Notes: generated by a model from the sequence alone, not told the origin. A stretch of 64,000 bases of DNA from a virus (IMGVR_UViG_3300021431_000012:1-64000); one strand, 5' to 3'. Numbered from the stretch's first letter, positions 9,039 to 17,911 are shown. Translations and numbers: made by a program.

Positions 9039-9881
9039 TTACTTGGATTCATTATCATTAAAATCTGCAAACATGTTGGCAACCTCTTGCGCTTTTTGCG
9101 CATCAACAAATTGCTGTTCCGTGTTGTCAATGTATTCGTACTTGTCTTGCTCGTACATTACGGATTGGTCGGCATTGATGGCATCTTGCATTTCCACGGA
9201 AAGAGGGGCGTTTCTAGAAAGGTTTAGTTTGATGACGGTTTTCTTTGCCATGTCATCAAAGTCTGTTGTCCACTTGCTAGATTTCTTTACGTGGTCAAGT
9301 TTTGACTTGAATGTTTGCGAATAGCGCAAAGCGTGGGCGGTCACCTCCTCTACCGACATGTATAGCGTTGATTCTGCGCCATTCAAAAGGCGGAAATAGC
9401 TTGCATAACCAATGGTCTTTTTGCTTGCACGTTCCTCGTCATCTTCGATGAATTCAAAGACACATTCGCCCGTTAAGCGATTGCGGCTTTTCAATTCGCC
9501 TTCCTTGATTTCCGTTGCATTGGGGATAACTGCAAACTGACCACTACGAAGCGCAAGCTGCTTGAAACCCTTGTAGCCCAATTGGAACTGAGCCACCGTG
9601 ATGTTGCGCTTGTTGTCTTTGTACGGGATGCAATATGCCATGCCAAGAGAATTTTCCAATGGCAAGTTAAGCGATGTTGCTTTCAATGCAGCAAACATCA
9701 ATGTGAATGGTTCGCATTCTTGCAAGTTGGCATTGTTTGCCACCAATGCTGTAAGATTGTTTACGAATGCACCTTTGCGTTCATGCAACAAGTCCGTAAG
9801 ATACTTTTGTGTTGCAGGACTAGTGATTGTTTGATTGAATGTTTTAAGACTATAAGTAGTCTTTTGTACTTCATTTGCCAT
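9039..9881 (-). CDS. recT: RecT/Red-beta family single-strand annealing protein
   Basis: ALKATSLNLPL, AYCIPY, AQFQLGYKGFKQLALRSGQ and MAKKTVIK motifs; adjacent to an exonuclease. Confidence 0.9.
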   Translation of the reverse strand: MANEVQKTTYSLKTFNQTITSPATQKYLTDLLHERKGAFVNNLTALVANNANLQECEPFTLMFAALKATSLNLPLENSLGMAYCIPYKDNKRNITVAQFQLGYKGFKQLALRSGQFAVIPNATEIKEGELKSRNRLTGECVFEFIEDDEERASKKTIGYASYFRLLNGAESTLYMSVEEVTAHALRYSQTFKSKLDHVKKSSKWTTDFDDMAKKTVIKLNLSRNAPLSVEMQDAINADQSVMYEQDKYEYIDNTEQQFVDAQKAQEVANMFADFNDNESK

Positions 9882-9907
9882 GATGTGTTAGTTTTTAAAG
9901 ATTAATA

Positions 9908-10906
9908 TTATTTGTCCAAGTTCTTTGTCCTTATTTGTACCGAACCTTTCCGTTTAACTACCTTTTTGTAGTCGCTAAAAAGTTTTTTCGCCTTGCGTGG
10001 GTATTTCTTTGCATAGTCATCTAAATACCGCTTGTAGTCAAAAGAAACGCTTTCACACGGGTCTATCCTAGTAATACCAAATCGTTCATTCTTGATTGAC
10101 TTAATGCCCTTTTCCGACATGAACTCGAATAGCTTTGCCTTGAATGTGTCAACACCTTCCGTAAGACGTTTGATTTCGTCAAGTGCGGTACACATTTCAT
10201 CAAACTGCTTGTAGATGTTTGCTGGCAACAAATTAGCGTCCACGTTTTCTTCTGGGTAGTAAGATTCAAACTTTTCCAAGAATTCATTCACGATGTTCAT
10301 GGCATTAACCATGTTGAAAGGAGGAATAGAGAACCGCATCTTTTTCATTTCAATGCGCGACGGGTCGAACTCTTGCGTTTCGGAAAGGTCGAGCCCGTCC
10401 GTGTTGTAGTGAACAAGATACACGTTTACCTTCCATTTACAACCATAAGACACCGCTTTTTCTTTTCCCAACAAGAAATGATGATACAACTGCGCTTTGT
10501 ATTCATGCGCAAGTTCCTCGGTGCTATGTTTGCTTGTCTTTACCTCGTAGATTTTAAGAACCATTGCATCGTCATCCTTTAGAACAATGTCTGGGTGCGA
10601 TATGCATGAAACATTGTTTCGCGAATACCTTTCGCTAACCCAACACGGATTGCTAACGTATCGTTCATCCGTGCTATGCAGGTGGTTAAAGATTCGGATT
10701 TCGGTTTCATCGCCGAACTTAACGGCATCCGTTTGTGGGATTTCCTCGTTTGGAATGAATCCTTTAAGAACTGCCATTCGTTGATAAAACGATGGTGGTA
10801 CAACGCCTAGCGAATCAATCATGCGAAGCATTGCCGCGTCGCTAGAACCAAGACAGCCAACCCTAGTGTTTTGAATGTCAATTTTGTAGTTTTTGTAATC
10901 TTCCAT
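9908..10906 (-). CDS. YqaJ/lambda-exonuclease family nuclease
   Basis: LGSSDAA, FGDETE, SHPD, YEVKT and YKAQL motifs; paired with RecT. Confidence 0.8.
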   Translation of the reverse strand: MEDYKNYKIDIQNTRVGCLGSSDAAMLRMIDSLGVVPPSFYQRMAVLKGFIPNEEIPQTDAVKFGDETEIRIFNHLHSTDERYVSNPCWVSERYSRNNVSCISHPDIVLKDDDAMVLKIYEVKTSKHSTEELAHEYKAQLYHHFLLGKEKAVSYGCKWKVNVYLVHYNTDGLDLSETQEFDPSRIEMKKMRFSIPPFNMVNAMNIVNEFLEKFESYYPEENVDANLLPANIYKQFDEMCTALDEIKRLTEGVDTFKAKLFEFMSEKGIKSIKNERFGITRIDPCESVSFDYKRYLDDYAKKYPRKAKKLFSDYKKVVKRKGSVQIRTKNLDK

Positions 10907-10921
10907 TTTGTTGTTGTTTTA

Positions 10922-11188
10922 TTAATCACAAATTTTGTACAAAGTATTGTTCTCACTCTCCCATGAATCAAGGAGCGCGGGTAGCTCCTCCTCTATGATG
11001 TTTGATAATGCTTCTACTTGTGCAATTGTCATGTTACCAAAGCATTCGCTGTCACGAAATATTGCACCCTTAACAACCCATGCAAATTCGTGACCTAAGT
11101 CCTTCTTTTCTATTTCATTTGTTTCCATAATCCCCAAGCGCATCATCAACCATGGCGCTAATTTCTTTAAAGGTTTTTTCAAACTCAA
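10922..11188 (-). CDS. Hypothetical protein (true start probably later, at METNEIEKK)
   Basis: ORF track; 5' part overlaps the upstream gene. Confidence 0.55.
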   Translation of the reverse strand: MSLKKPLKKLAPWLMMRLGIMETNEIEKKDLGHEFAWVVKGAIFRDSECFGNMTIAQVEALSNIIEEELPALLDSWESENNTLYKICD

Positions 11189-11579
11189 TTGTGTCTTTTA
11201 TTTTTGCCAATATTTCTTCGTCGGTATCATTTGGCTTGATGTTTACGGCGTTTGCATTAAACGCCAATAATACTACGTCATTATTTAGTTCTGTGTCATT
11301 ACCAAACGTATTGTAGTCATCAATACAAAAGATTCTTGTTGATGTGTCCACCAACACAATGTCCGCCCATGTAAAGCGATACTTTGACATAAGGATGCTC
11401 TGTGGAAAAAAGAATTTCATCTTATACCCATTTTCCTTTAGCAACTCTGTAACGCGAATAACAAATGCGCTTGCCGATTTGATGTAAAAATCTTGCCGCT
11501 CTTTTAGTCCTGCGATTCTAAGTTGCTTTTGTTCTGCATTGCTAGCCGTCGCAAATTCAATAAATTCCGTTCTTGTCAT
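11115..11579 (-). CDS. Hypothetical protein (154 aa)
   Basis: Start moved to MTRTEF (11579), giving an ATGA overlap with the ssb stop. Confidence 0.65.
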   Translation of the reverse strand: MTRTEFIEFATASNAEQKQLRIAGLKERQDFYIKSASAFVIRVTELLKENGYKMKFFFPQSILMSKYRFTWADIVLVDTSTRIFCIDDYNTFGNDTELNNDVVLLAFNANAVNIKPNDTDEEILAKIKDTIEFEKTFKEISAMVDDALGDYGNK

Positions 11580-11926
11580 TGTTGTTGTTCTTTTTGTTTT
11601 ATAATTCCAATATCGCGCACAACAACATTGTTCTGCACGATTGATGTTCCTTTTATTTCCGTTCCACAAGAGTTTAGCTTTCCAAACACCGTGGCGCGGC
11701 ATCCAGAGTGCGCACCGACCTTCCGCAAGTAAGACACCTGCTTTTGCCCATACACAAAGATTCTAACATAAGTCACTGGCTTTTGCCCTTCGGTTTCGCT
11801 TTGCGTTTCCCTAAAATAAGATTGAATGCACAACGTGAATGTGGCATAGTTCTGCCCATTGCTTGCCGTGCCGTACTTGAAGTCACTACCGATAGTTCCT
11901 TCAAGGTGAACAAAGTTTTTATCCAT
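11576..11926 (-). CDS. ssb: Single-stranded DNA-binding protein (no acidic tail)
   Basis: NFVHLEGTIGSD...ATFTL...TYVRIFVYG...GCRATVFGKL OB-fold pattern; next to the exonuclease and RecT genes. Confidence 0.8.
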   Translation of the reverse strand: MDKNFVHLEGTIGSDFKYGTASNGQNYATFTLCIQSYFRETQSETEGQKPVTYVRIFVYGQKQVSYLRKVGAHSGCRATVFGKLNSCGTEIKGTSIVQNNVVVRDIGIIKQKEQQQ

Positions 11927-11950
11927 TGTTGTCTTGAAATAAAGTTGTTG

Positions 11951-12200
11951 TGGAGCGAGGGGGAATCGAACCCGTTGTAAGAATCACTATAAAAAACAAA
12001 TTATATGCTACACTCTATCATATACAATATGAGTAAACTAATATAATATTATAACCACTAAAATAAAAAATTATGTTTAACTAAAAAATCTGAAATTTGA
12101 GATGTATTTGAATAAATTCGGATATACAACAAGCCATTTCGCAACGGCCACACATTCTCACTTGAATGTGGCGTGTTCCATAACACGCAAACCTCGCCCC
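11951..12200 (-). ncRNA. Candidate tRNA-Ala/tmRNA-like structured RNA (about 250 nt)
   Basis: 5' GGGGCGA pairs with 3' TCGCTCC-A (G3-U70, A73); GGGTTCGATTCCC T-loop; three abutting 7-bp hairpins; promoter about 80 nt upstream. Confidence 0.5.
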
Positions 12201-12281
12201 GTGTAAAAGGAAAGCTATTTTCACAAACCGCCTCCCCGCGTATTATTCTAACTTAAAACAATAAAAAGTTTTAATCAACCA

Positions 12282-12315
12282 CAAAGATACGAAAAATCGT
12301 GATTAGATTTGCAAT
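12282..12315 (-). promoter_or_regulatory. Bacteroidota-type promoter driving the ncRNA candidate and ssb-exo-recT
   Basis: TATCTTTG at 12289-12282; ATTG about 22 nt upstream. Confidence 0.65.
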
Positions 12316-12337
12316 AAAACAAATATTTAACACGAAA

Positions 12338-12748
12338 TTAACATTCTAGTGATGATAAATCTTGCGCTACACATTCTTGTTGCTTGATATATGAGTTTAG
12401 CGATTTTTCAAGTGTGTCTAATCTAGTCTGAAAAAGACGATGCCGCGAGACAAGTGACCGTATATGTTTTACACGTTCCTCGTCAATAGGTTCGCTAACT
12501 AGTTTATACCCCTCATTTAGCCAATAGTCTACGTTGTATTTTGCTACGCGGCCTTGCCACACCTTAAATGCAGCTATGGCTTTGTCGCGGTTTTCAAGCT
12601 CGTTTTTTAGGTAGTCAATTTCGGATTTAAGTTGTCCATTTTCTATTAACACCTGCTTTAAAACCGCCTCAACAGGAACGTCTTTATTCGATAGTTTCAT
12701 ATTCTTCATAACACAAAAATTTTTGTGAGGTCGAACCACATATAGCAT
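12338..12748 (-). CDS. Coiled-coil hypothetical protein
   Basis: ORF track; heptad pattern; true start probably MKNMK. Confidence 0.65.
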   Translation of the reverse strand: MLYVVRPHKNFCVMKNMKLSNKDVPVEAVLKQVLIENGQLKSEIDYLKNELENRDKAIAAFKVWQGRVAKYNVDYWLNEGYKLVSEPIDEERVKHIRSLVSRHRLFQTRLDTLEKSLNSYIKQQECVAQDLSSLEC

Positions 12749-12786
12749 GATGCAACGCCATTTGCGATTCGACCTTTGTTGTCCTA

Positions 12787-13068
12787 CTAGTTTATATCCT
12801 CGTCGCTAACATCGCCGCCACCTTCTCGTTCAGTAATAAGATTAACCGCGTGCATAATGCCCATCGCGAATGCCACAAGCACGGCTCGTTTGGTTTTCTT
12901 GTCAATGCTCATGAAATCAAGCCACTGGTTGAGATACGTTACGACACCCGTGACGAGAACCGTTTGGTGTTCCGCTTCATCTTTCGGTGACGAAAGTTCC
13001 ATTGATTTTGCAATGGCAAGAACTAGGTCTTTTACCATCTGCAAGTGTTTTTTCTCTTCGTTGTTCAT
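12787..13068 (-). CDS. Hypothetical helical protein (paralog of 13090-13362)
   Basis: LVLAIAKSM...P.DE.E..TVLVTGVVTYLNQW aligns by eye with its neighbour. Confidence 0.7.
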   Translation of the reverse strand: MNNEEKKHLQMVKDLVLAIAKSMELSSPKDEAEHQTVLVTGVVTYLNQWLDFMSIDKKTKRAVLVAFAMGIMHAVNLITEREGGGDVSDEDIN

Positions 13069-13089
13069 GATTGTTTGTTTGTTTAATTG

Positions 13090-13362
13090 TTATTTGTCAT
13101 CAAAATCATAAAATTCCGACAAGTTATTAGAACACTGCGCAATCGTGCGCCCTAGATACCACAATGACATTTCGATGTCATCTTTTTCGAACTTTTGGAA
13201 TTTCATCCATTCGACAAGATAGCTTGTTACACCAGCGGTAAGGATAACTTCTAACTCCACTTGGTTTTCTGGCTTAATTTCAGCCATCGCCTCTGCAATT
13301 GCGAGGGATAATCTTTGCACGTCTTTACACTTTTCCGAATCGTTTTTCTTAATTGTTTCCAT
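13090..13362 (-). CDS. Hypothetical helical protein (paralog of 12787-13068)
   Basis: LSLAIAEAM...PENQVELEVILTAGVTSYLVEW. Confidence 0.7.
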   Translation of the reverse strand: METIKKNDSEKCKDVQRLSLAIAEAMAEIKPENQVELEVILTAGVTSYLVEWMKFQKFEKDDIEMSLWYLGRTIAQCSNNLSEFYDFDDK

Positions 13363-13406
13363 AATAATGTTGTTTTGTTTAAATTGGTGTTGTTGTACTA
13401 TTTTGT

Positions 13407-13541
13407 TTAATATTCCTCCTCCTCATACTCATCAAGCCCTAACTCTCTGCGCTGGTATCGGGCAAATAATTCACACCTCATGCAGTTGCATCCACAGTCG
13501 GGATTGCGCTCGCACATCTTGTCAAGTTCATACTCTGTCAT
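13407..13541 (-). CDS. Small Cys-rich protein with acidic tail (44 aa)
   Basis: Manual translation MTEYELDKMCERNPDCGCNCMRCELFARYQRRELGLDEYEEEEY. Confidence 0.55.
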   Translation of the reverse strand: MTEYELDKMCERNPDCGCNCMRCELFARYQRRELGLDEYEEEEY

Positions 13542-13749
13542 ATCTTTTCTTTGCTATTTGTTTGTCAATCCACCTTTCGGCCTCGGCAAAGGTGTTGCAT
13601 TCATATACTATATCAAAATCTGACAAGTGATAACCTTCTTGGCCGCTATACCCGAAAAGATACCCGTCACTTTCGAAATCCCAATAAGAGAAAACATTGT
13701 AAAGTCCATCGCCTTCGTCCGCGACAAAATAATTTTTCTTATGTTTCAT
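13528..13749 (-). CDS. Hypothetical protein (73 aa)
   Basis: ORF track. Confidence 0.65.
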   Translation of the reverse strand: MKHKKNYFVADEGDGLYNVFSYWDFESDGYLFGYSGQEGYHLSDFDIVYECNTFAEAERWIDKQIAKKRYDRV

Positions 13750-13761
13750 TGTTCTAAAATT

Positions 13762-13980
13762 TTAGTAATCTTTATAAAGTTCGTTGGCTCTATCCACAAT
13801 CTTCTGGCGGCATTCTACGTCAAGGCTCATGTAAAAGAAAAGCCTGTCGCAATTCCCCTGCAGGTATTGCGTGTACTTGCCCCAAACATGCTTGCCTAGC
13901 CATTCGCCAAAAACTCGCATGCATTCTTCTTGATTCCACTTGTTGAACATGTAGAAACCAAAATTCGTTACTTCATTCAT
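13762..13980 (-). CDS. Hypothetical protein (72 aa)
   Basis: ORF track. Confidence 0.7.
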   Translation of the reverse strand: MNEVTNFGFYMFNKWNQEECMRVFGEWLGKHVWGKYTQYLQGNCDRLFFYMSLDVECRQKIVDRANELYKDY

Positions 13981-13992
13981 AGTTTTTTGTTT

Positions 13993-14205
13993 TTAATCGG
14001 TTATGTCTTTGTTTGTAATATCTATTGCTCTGCCGTCGGTAATGTCTTTCAACTTATACCATTCTACCTCAGGTTGTTCTAGTCCCCAAAAGCCGATTAA
14101 AAACTTTCTATTGGCACAACTAGAATGCCCCGAATACATAGGTCTAAGAATGTGGTCATTGCCACGCTCTTTGATTTCGGCAACTATCGTTCTATACTCT
14201 TTCAT
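13993..14205 (-). CDS. Hypothetical protein (70 aa)
   Basis: ORF track. Confidence 0.65.
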   Translation of the reverse strand: MKEYRTIVAEIKERGNDHILRPMYSGHSSCANRKFLIGFWGLEQPEVEWYKLKDITDGRAIDITNKDITD

Positions 14206-14229
14206 GTTGTTTTGTTATTTGGTTGATTA

Positions 14230-14493
14230 TTATTTGATAATTTCGTGTTCACTTACAATGTAATAAACTTTTGTGTTTGTAAAATATAGCGCAACAAAAA
14301 ATACGTCATCGGAACATTTTGCCGAGGCGTCAAGCAAGCCGCCATGCACGGATTGCGTTTGCAATGCACTATTGTTCGCTGCGTTTATTGCTTTTTCTTT
14401 GTCGGCATACACGCCAAGAATGTTTTGTGCTATCATTTCTGGAGCATAACTATCTCTTGTGTATGATTCTGTTCTAAAAATATACGCTTTCAT
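14230..14493 (-). CDS. Hypothetical protein (87 aa)
   Basis: ORF track. Confidence 0.65.
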   Translation of the reverse strand: MKAYIFRTESYTRDSYAPEMIAQNILGVYADKEKAINAANNSALQTQSVHGGLLDASAKCSDDVFFVALYFTNTKVYYIVSEHEIIK

Positions 14494-14740
14494 AATTATT
14501 ACTTTTTAAAAGTTATTTGCCACTATCGGCTAGCCACTTGTCGAAATGCTTGTCTATAGCTTCTTGCAAAGACACACACGAATGACCCATTCTTGTATGC
14601 ATTTATAAAAAAGTTGTAAACGCACCAAGCATAATTAGACGTTAATTTGTCCATGTTGCCACTTTATTTGCTTTCTAGCGCGTTTTCTTTTGTCGGGTGG
14701 GTAGTTATCCCACAATGACAAAAAGCGCGTCACGCGTCGC

Positions 14741-15016
14741 TTATTCAACCTCGTCGCCGTAACACACCAAAACGTCACCAACAACGAAGTCGCCAGAGTA
14801 AGGATGGGATTCTTCAAGCACCGCGGTAGCTGCATCGTTGAAATCGAGCCCGTTCACTTTTCCTTCCTCGTTCACAATCATAATTCGACTATCTTTGAGA
14901 TACACAATCTCAATAAAGCCACCTACTATGTTCTGCATTTCTTTCAACGAATAATGCTTTCCGTTCTTCGGTTCAACATTAATCTTTTCACCGTTTGTTT
15001 TTATAATTGTTCCCAT
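14741..15016 (-). CDS. DUF3846-like protein
   Basis: YSLKEMQNIVGGFIE...MIVNEEGKVNGL...VVGDVLV pattern. Confidence 0.7.
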   Translation of the reverse strand: MGTIIKTNGEKINVEPKNGKHYSLKEMQNIVGGFIEIVYLKDSRIMIVNEEGKVNGLDFNDAATAVLEESHPYSGDFVVGDVLVCYGDEVE

Positions 15017-15023
15017 AGTCGTA

Positions 15024-15260
15024 TTAATTTTTGATAGTGTACTCGGTTACCCACTTGCCAGTGTTGGTCTTAATCTTGCAGGTGTTGATGTTGTAGCCAC
15101 GCTCGCGAAGGTCATGAATGCGGCTTGCCAAGCGCATGCACCCGAAAAGGTTCAATGCTTCAAGACTCGTAATCGAATAGCCTTTCTGCATCCATTTAAG
15201 AATCATGTTGCACTGCGTCTGTGATGACGCGGCATTGTCGTTAATATTTGCCATGGTCAT
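15024..15260 (-). CDS. Winged helix-turn-helix DNA-binding protein
   Basis: SQCNMIL..MQKG.SITSLEALNLFGCMRLASRIHDLRERG pattern of phage wHTH proteins. Confidence 0.75.
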   Translation of the reverse strand: MTMANINDNAASSQTQCNMILKWMQKGYSITSLEALNLFGCMRLASRIHDLRERGYNINTCKIKTNTGKWVTEYTIKN

Positions 15261-15266
15261 ACTTGT

Positions 15267-15557
15267 TTAAAAGTTGTTGATGTCAATTTCTTCTACACGC
15301 GTATAAGTCAGCTTACCTTCGTAGCCACGACGGGCAAGTTCCGCCATGAGCTCACGCGGCGTAAATTCAGTAAGCCGTGTATTCCTGGCCGCCTCAAGTT
15401 CTTTGTCTAGCGATGCGAGTTTTTTCTTGTTTTCCTTGCCCCGCGCAATTAGTTTTGCACGGCATTCCGTACATGTGTGTGATACACCAAAATGAGTTTT
15501 GGCAAACTTTTCGATGGGCAACTCCCTGTCGCATACCTTACAAACTTTTGTTTCCAT
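15267..15557 (-). CDS. Zinc-finger protein (96 aa)
   Basis: CKVC...CTEC at the N-terminus. Confidence 0.65.
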   Translation of the reverse strand: METKVCKVCDRELPIEKFAKTHFGVSHTCTECRAKLIARGKENKKKLASLDKELEAARNTRLTEFTPRELMAELARRGYEGKLTYTRVEEIDINNF

Positions 15558-15570
15558 GTCGTTTTGATTT

Positions 15571-15744
15571 TTATTTAGTTGTTGATGATAAAAGAAGTCT
15601 TGCTATACGAGCTGGCAATACACGCGATGCGTTGCATGCGTCACAGCACTTGCCTTCTTCCTTAATCGGCCACGGGTTGTTGCCCCAGCCCCAAAATACA
15701 TTGCCGCAGATGCAGCACCTTTGTTTGTTGTTGTCAGTGTTCAT
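15571..15744 (-). CDS. Small zinc-binding protein (57 aa)
   Basis: Manual translation ...CCICGNVFWGWGNNPWPIKEEGKCCDACNASRVLPAR... Confidence 0.7.
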   Translation of the reverse strand: MNTDNNKQRCCICGNVFWGWGNNPWPIKEEGKCCDACNASRVLPARIARLLLSSTTK

Positions 15745-15761
15745 GATGTTTGTTTTTTGAA

Positions 15762-15926
15762 TTAATAAGTGTTGAGATATTCCATGTAGCTACACACGGC
15801 GAACTCGTCATGGTGTCGCGTGCCTTTCGGCATCTTGAAAACCTTAAAGTAGTTGCAGTTGCTACGCTCGTTTCGTTGAGCACACACCTGCAATGCTTCC
15901 TTTCTTGTCTTGAAATACTTTTTCAT
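15762..15926 (-). CDS. Hypothetical protein (54 aa)
   Basis: Manual translation MKKYFKTRKEAL...CSYMEYLNTY. Confidence 0.6.
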   Translation of the reverse strand: MKKYFKTRKEALQVCAQRNERSNCNYFKVFKMPKGTRHHDEFAVCSYMEYLNTY

Positions 15927-15991
15927 AATGCTATTTTAAATCGGAAATCCCCATGCGCTTGGCGATGTCTAGAATCTCCGTTGTAAGTCTT

Positions 15992-16804
15992 TTAACTGCA
16001 CACTTGCCCGTAACTAAATGAATTTTTCAAGCCACGAATGTAGCCAGCTAGTTTTATTTGTAGCTTTCTATCATCACCGCTAAACTCCCAACCGCTAAAT
16101 AGCGACGAGTCAACGTCGTTGTAATCACGCATAAGCTGAAGAATCTTTGCACGATTTTCTTTGTGCGTGTTAATACGCCACCACCCGCGCCATGTGGTCG
16201 GGTCATCATTCTTGCATACGTCGGGAAACACATTGCGAAGCACTTTGATAAAAGCCTGCGTGTCGCGGCTATTCTTCTTGCGCTCGTTTTGTGTTTTTGC
16301 ACGCCGTGCTATGATGTCCATTTTCTCTGCTTCGCTTTTTGCTTTCATTGCGGCAACATATTTCTCGTTGCTTGCCCCCAGCTTTTCACCTTTTGCCTTC
16401 AATGCCGATAGTGCTGCGGTCGTGCGTTGTGAACAAAGTTCGCGCTCGTACTGTGCAACACTAGCGAACACACCCAGCAAAAGAGTGTTTATCGTCGGCA
16501 TGTCGCAAAAATGAATTTCGATTCCCGTGTTCACCACCTTAAAGCAAAACTCAACATCACGGGCGAGGCGGTCTAGCTTTGCAATAACAAGCGCACACGC
16601 ATTGCTCCTGCAATATTCTATCGCCGCAGCTAACCCTTTTCTATCGCGGTGCGTACCACTTTCCACGTCGCTAAATTCGGCGGCACACACGCCGCCAGAA
16701 CGCTTGATAAAGTCCTCGCACATGGCTCTTTGTGCCGCCATACCTAAACCACCAGCGCCCTGCTTGCGTGTAGACACGCGAAGGTATATTGCAAATTTTT
16801 TCAT
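15992..16804 (-). CDS. Small serine recombinase (resolvase/invertase family), 270 aa
   Basis: YLRVST catalytic Ser, ESG...R, KLDRLARD and AQYERELCSQRT motifs; start moved to MKKFAI. Confidence 0.9.
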   Translation of the reverse strand: MKKFAIYLRVSTRKQGAGGLGMAAQRAMCEDFIKRSGGVCAAEFSDVESGTHRDRKGLAAAIEYCRSNACALVIAKLDRLARDVEFCFKVVNTGIEIHFCDMPTINTLLLGVFASVAQYERELCSQRTTAALSALKAKGEKLGASNEKYVAAMKAKSEAEKMDIIARRAKTQNERKKNSRDTQAFIKVLRNVFPDVCKNDDPTTWRGWWRINTHKENRAKILQLMRDYNDVDSSLFSGWEFSGDDRKLQIKLAGYIRGLKNSFSYGQVCS

Positions 16805-17037
16805 AATTCTCCTCCGTAAAAACTTCCGTACAATATCACTTTTGTATCTTTGTGACGAAGCCTGCCGCATTTGTTTATGCGTATATTACTCACTCCACAA
16901 AGGCTATAGACATCTGCCGCAGCTTCACGAGCATTTTCCAAATTGTCGCACTTGATTGCATAGTGTTTAGTTTGATAGCCCATTAACCTAAAATAGTTGT
17001 TAGGTCTTATCTGAAATGTTACATATATTTTTTTCAT
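16801..17037 (-). CDS. Hypothetical protein (78 aa)
   Basis: ORF track; ATGA overlap with the recombinase gene. Confidence 0.65.
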   Translation of the reverse strand: MKKIYVTFQIRPNNYFRLMGYQTKHYAIKCDNLENAREAAADVYSLCGVSNIRINKCGRLRHKDTKVILYGSFYGGEL

Positions 17038-17063
17038 TTTTAACTCCCTTTCTATAGCTTTAA

Positions 17064-17240
17064 TTAGATGATTCCGTTTTCCTTAAACTCCCTAACTAGT
17101 CCGTAACGCTTTGCATCTTTTTCTAGACGTGACGTAACATCTGCAATAAACGCCCACGACATTTCGGTGTTCGCTATGTCATACTGCCACACCATTGCAT
17201 GCGAACGAAGCTCTGATTTTCTTTGCTGGTACGTTTTCAT
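17064..17240 (-). CDS. Hypothetical protein (58 aa)
   Basis: Manual translation MKTYQQRKSELRSHAMVWQ...RYGLVREFKENGII. Confidence 0.65.
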   Translation of the reverse strand: MKTYQQRKSELRSHAMVWQYDIANTEMSWAFIADVTSRLEKDAKRYGLVREFKENGII

Positions 17241-17366
17241 AATTCAAAGATTTTAATTTCGCAGGACTATTCCTGCTTGTGGGCGCGGGTGGCGTTGCTC
17301 TAATCTACCCATGTAGACACCCCGACCGCTTCGAACGGATGCGCCCTCACTTTCTAACTTAAAAAC

Positions 17367-17435
17367 TTATTTATTCTTCAAGATACCTCCCGAAAGAATG
17401 TACCCGATAAATCCGATAAATACGATAAACGTCAT
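17367..17435 (-). CDS. Putative 22-aa single-TM peptide
   Basis: MTFIVFIGFIGYILSGGILKNK; hydrophobic core with a basic tail. Confidence 0.45.
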   Translation of the reverse strand: MTFIVFIGFIGYILSGGILKNK

Positions 17436-17457
17436 ATAAACCTCGCTTTCTTTTACC

Positions 17458-17619
17458 TTACACGTACCCAAGACGATTCAAAACACTCAGCTTTTCCTCG
17501 TCGGTCATGTTGTTGTTAATAAACTGCGCAAGCACATCAAGAGCTCTGTCGCTGCCGATTTGCTCTGCCACTTGCATAACACACTCTATGAAATTTTCCC
17601 CGTTAAAATCTGAATACAT
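17458..17619 (-). CDS. Hypothetical protein (53 aa)
   Basis: Manual translation MYSDFNGENFIECV...LNRLGYV. Confidence 0.55.
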   Translation of the reverse strand: MYSDFNGENFIECVMQVAEQIGSDRALDVLAQFINNNMTDEEKLSVLNRLGYV

Positions 17620-17641
17620 GGTTCACTCGTTTTTTGGGTTG

Positions 17642-17911
17642 TTATTTACACTTCACATAAAAGTGGGCATAACGCCCGCGCTCGCTATCACAGTTAAAAT
17701 ATTCGTAGTTATTGCAAAGTTGGTCGAATGTAAAGCCGAGTGACTCGCCGACTTCTTTGCTAATTACTATCGGCGTCTGCCACGCGCTATCGAAATGCAT
17801 GTTGCACGGGCAAAGATAAATCATTTCGCCTTTATGAAACATATTTCTTGCTGTACGTTTTTGCACCTGCTGCATCATCGTGCCCATGGTGCTGGAATAA
17901 AATTTCTCCAT
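17642..17911 (-). CDS. Hypothetical protein (89 aa)
   Basis: ORF track. Confidence 0.7.
   Translation of the reverse strand: MEKFYSSTMGTMMQQVQKRTARNMFHKGEMIYLCPCNMHFDSAWQTPIVISKEVGESLGFTFDQLCNNYEYFNCDSERGRYAHFYVKCK

Noticed and set aside
11951-11975. Canonical tRNA gene
   Set aside because: Only a 3' half with a 3-bp T-stem; no D or anticodon arm within tRNA distance. Kept only as part of the larger tmRNA-like candidate.
16845-16852. Plus-strand TATCTTTG (also near 22913) as antisense promoters
   Set aside because: Both arise from Lys-Asp-Thr codons (AAAGATACA) of minus-strand genes; no independent support.
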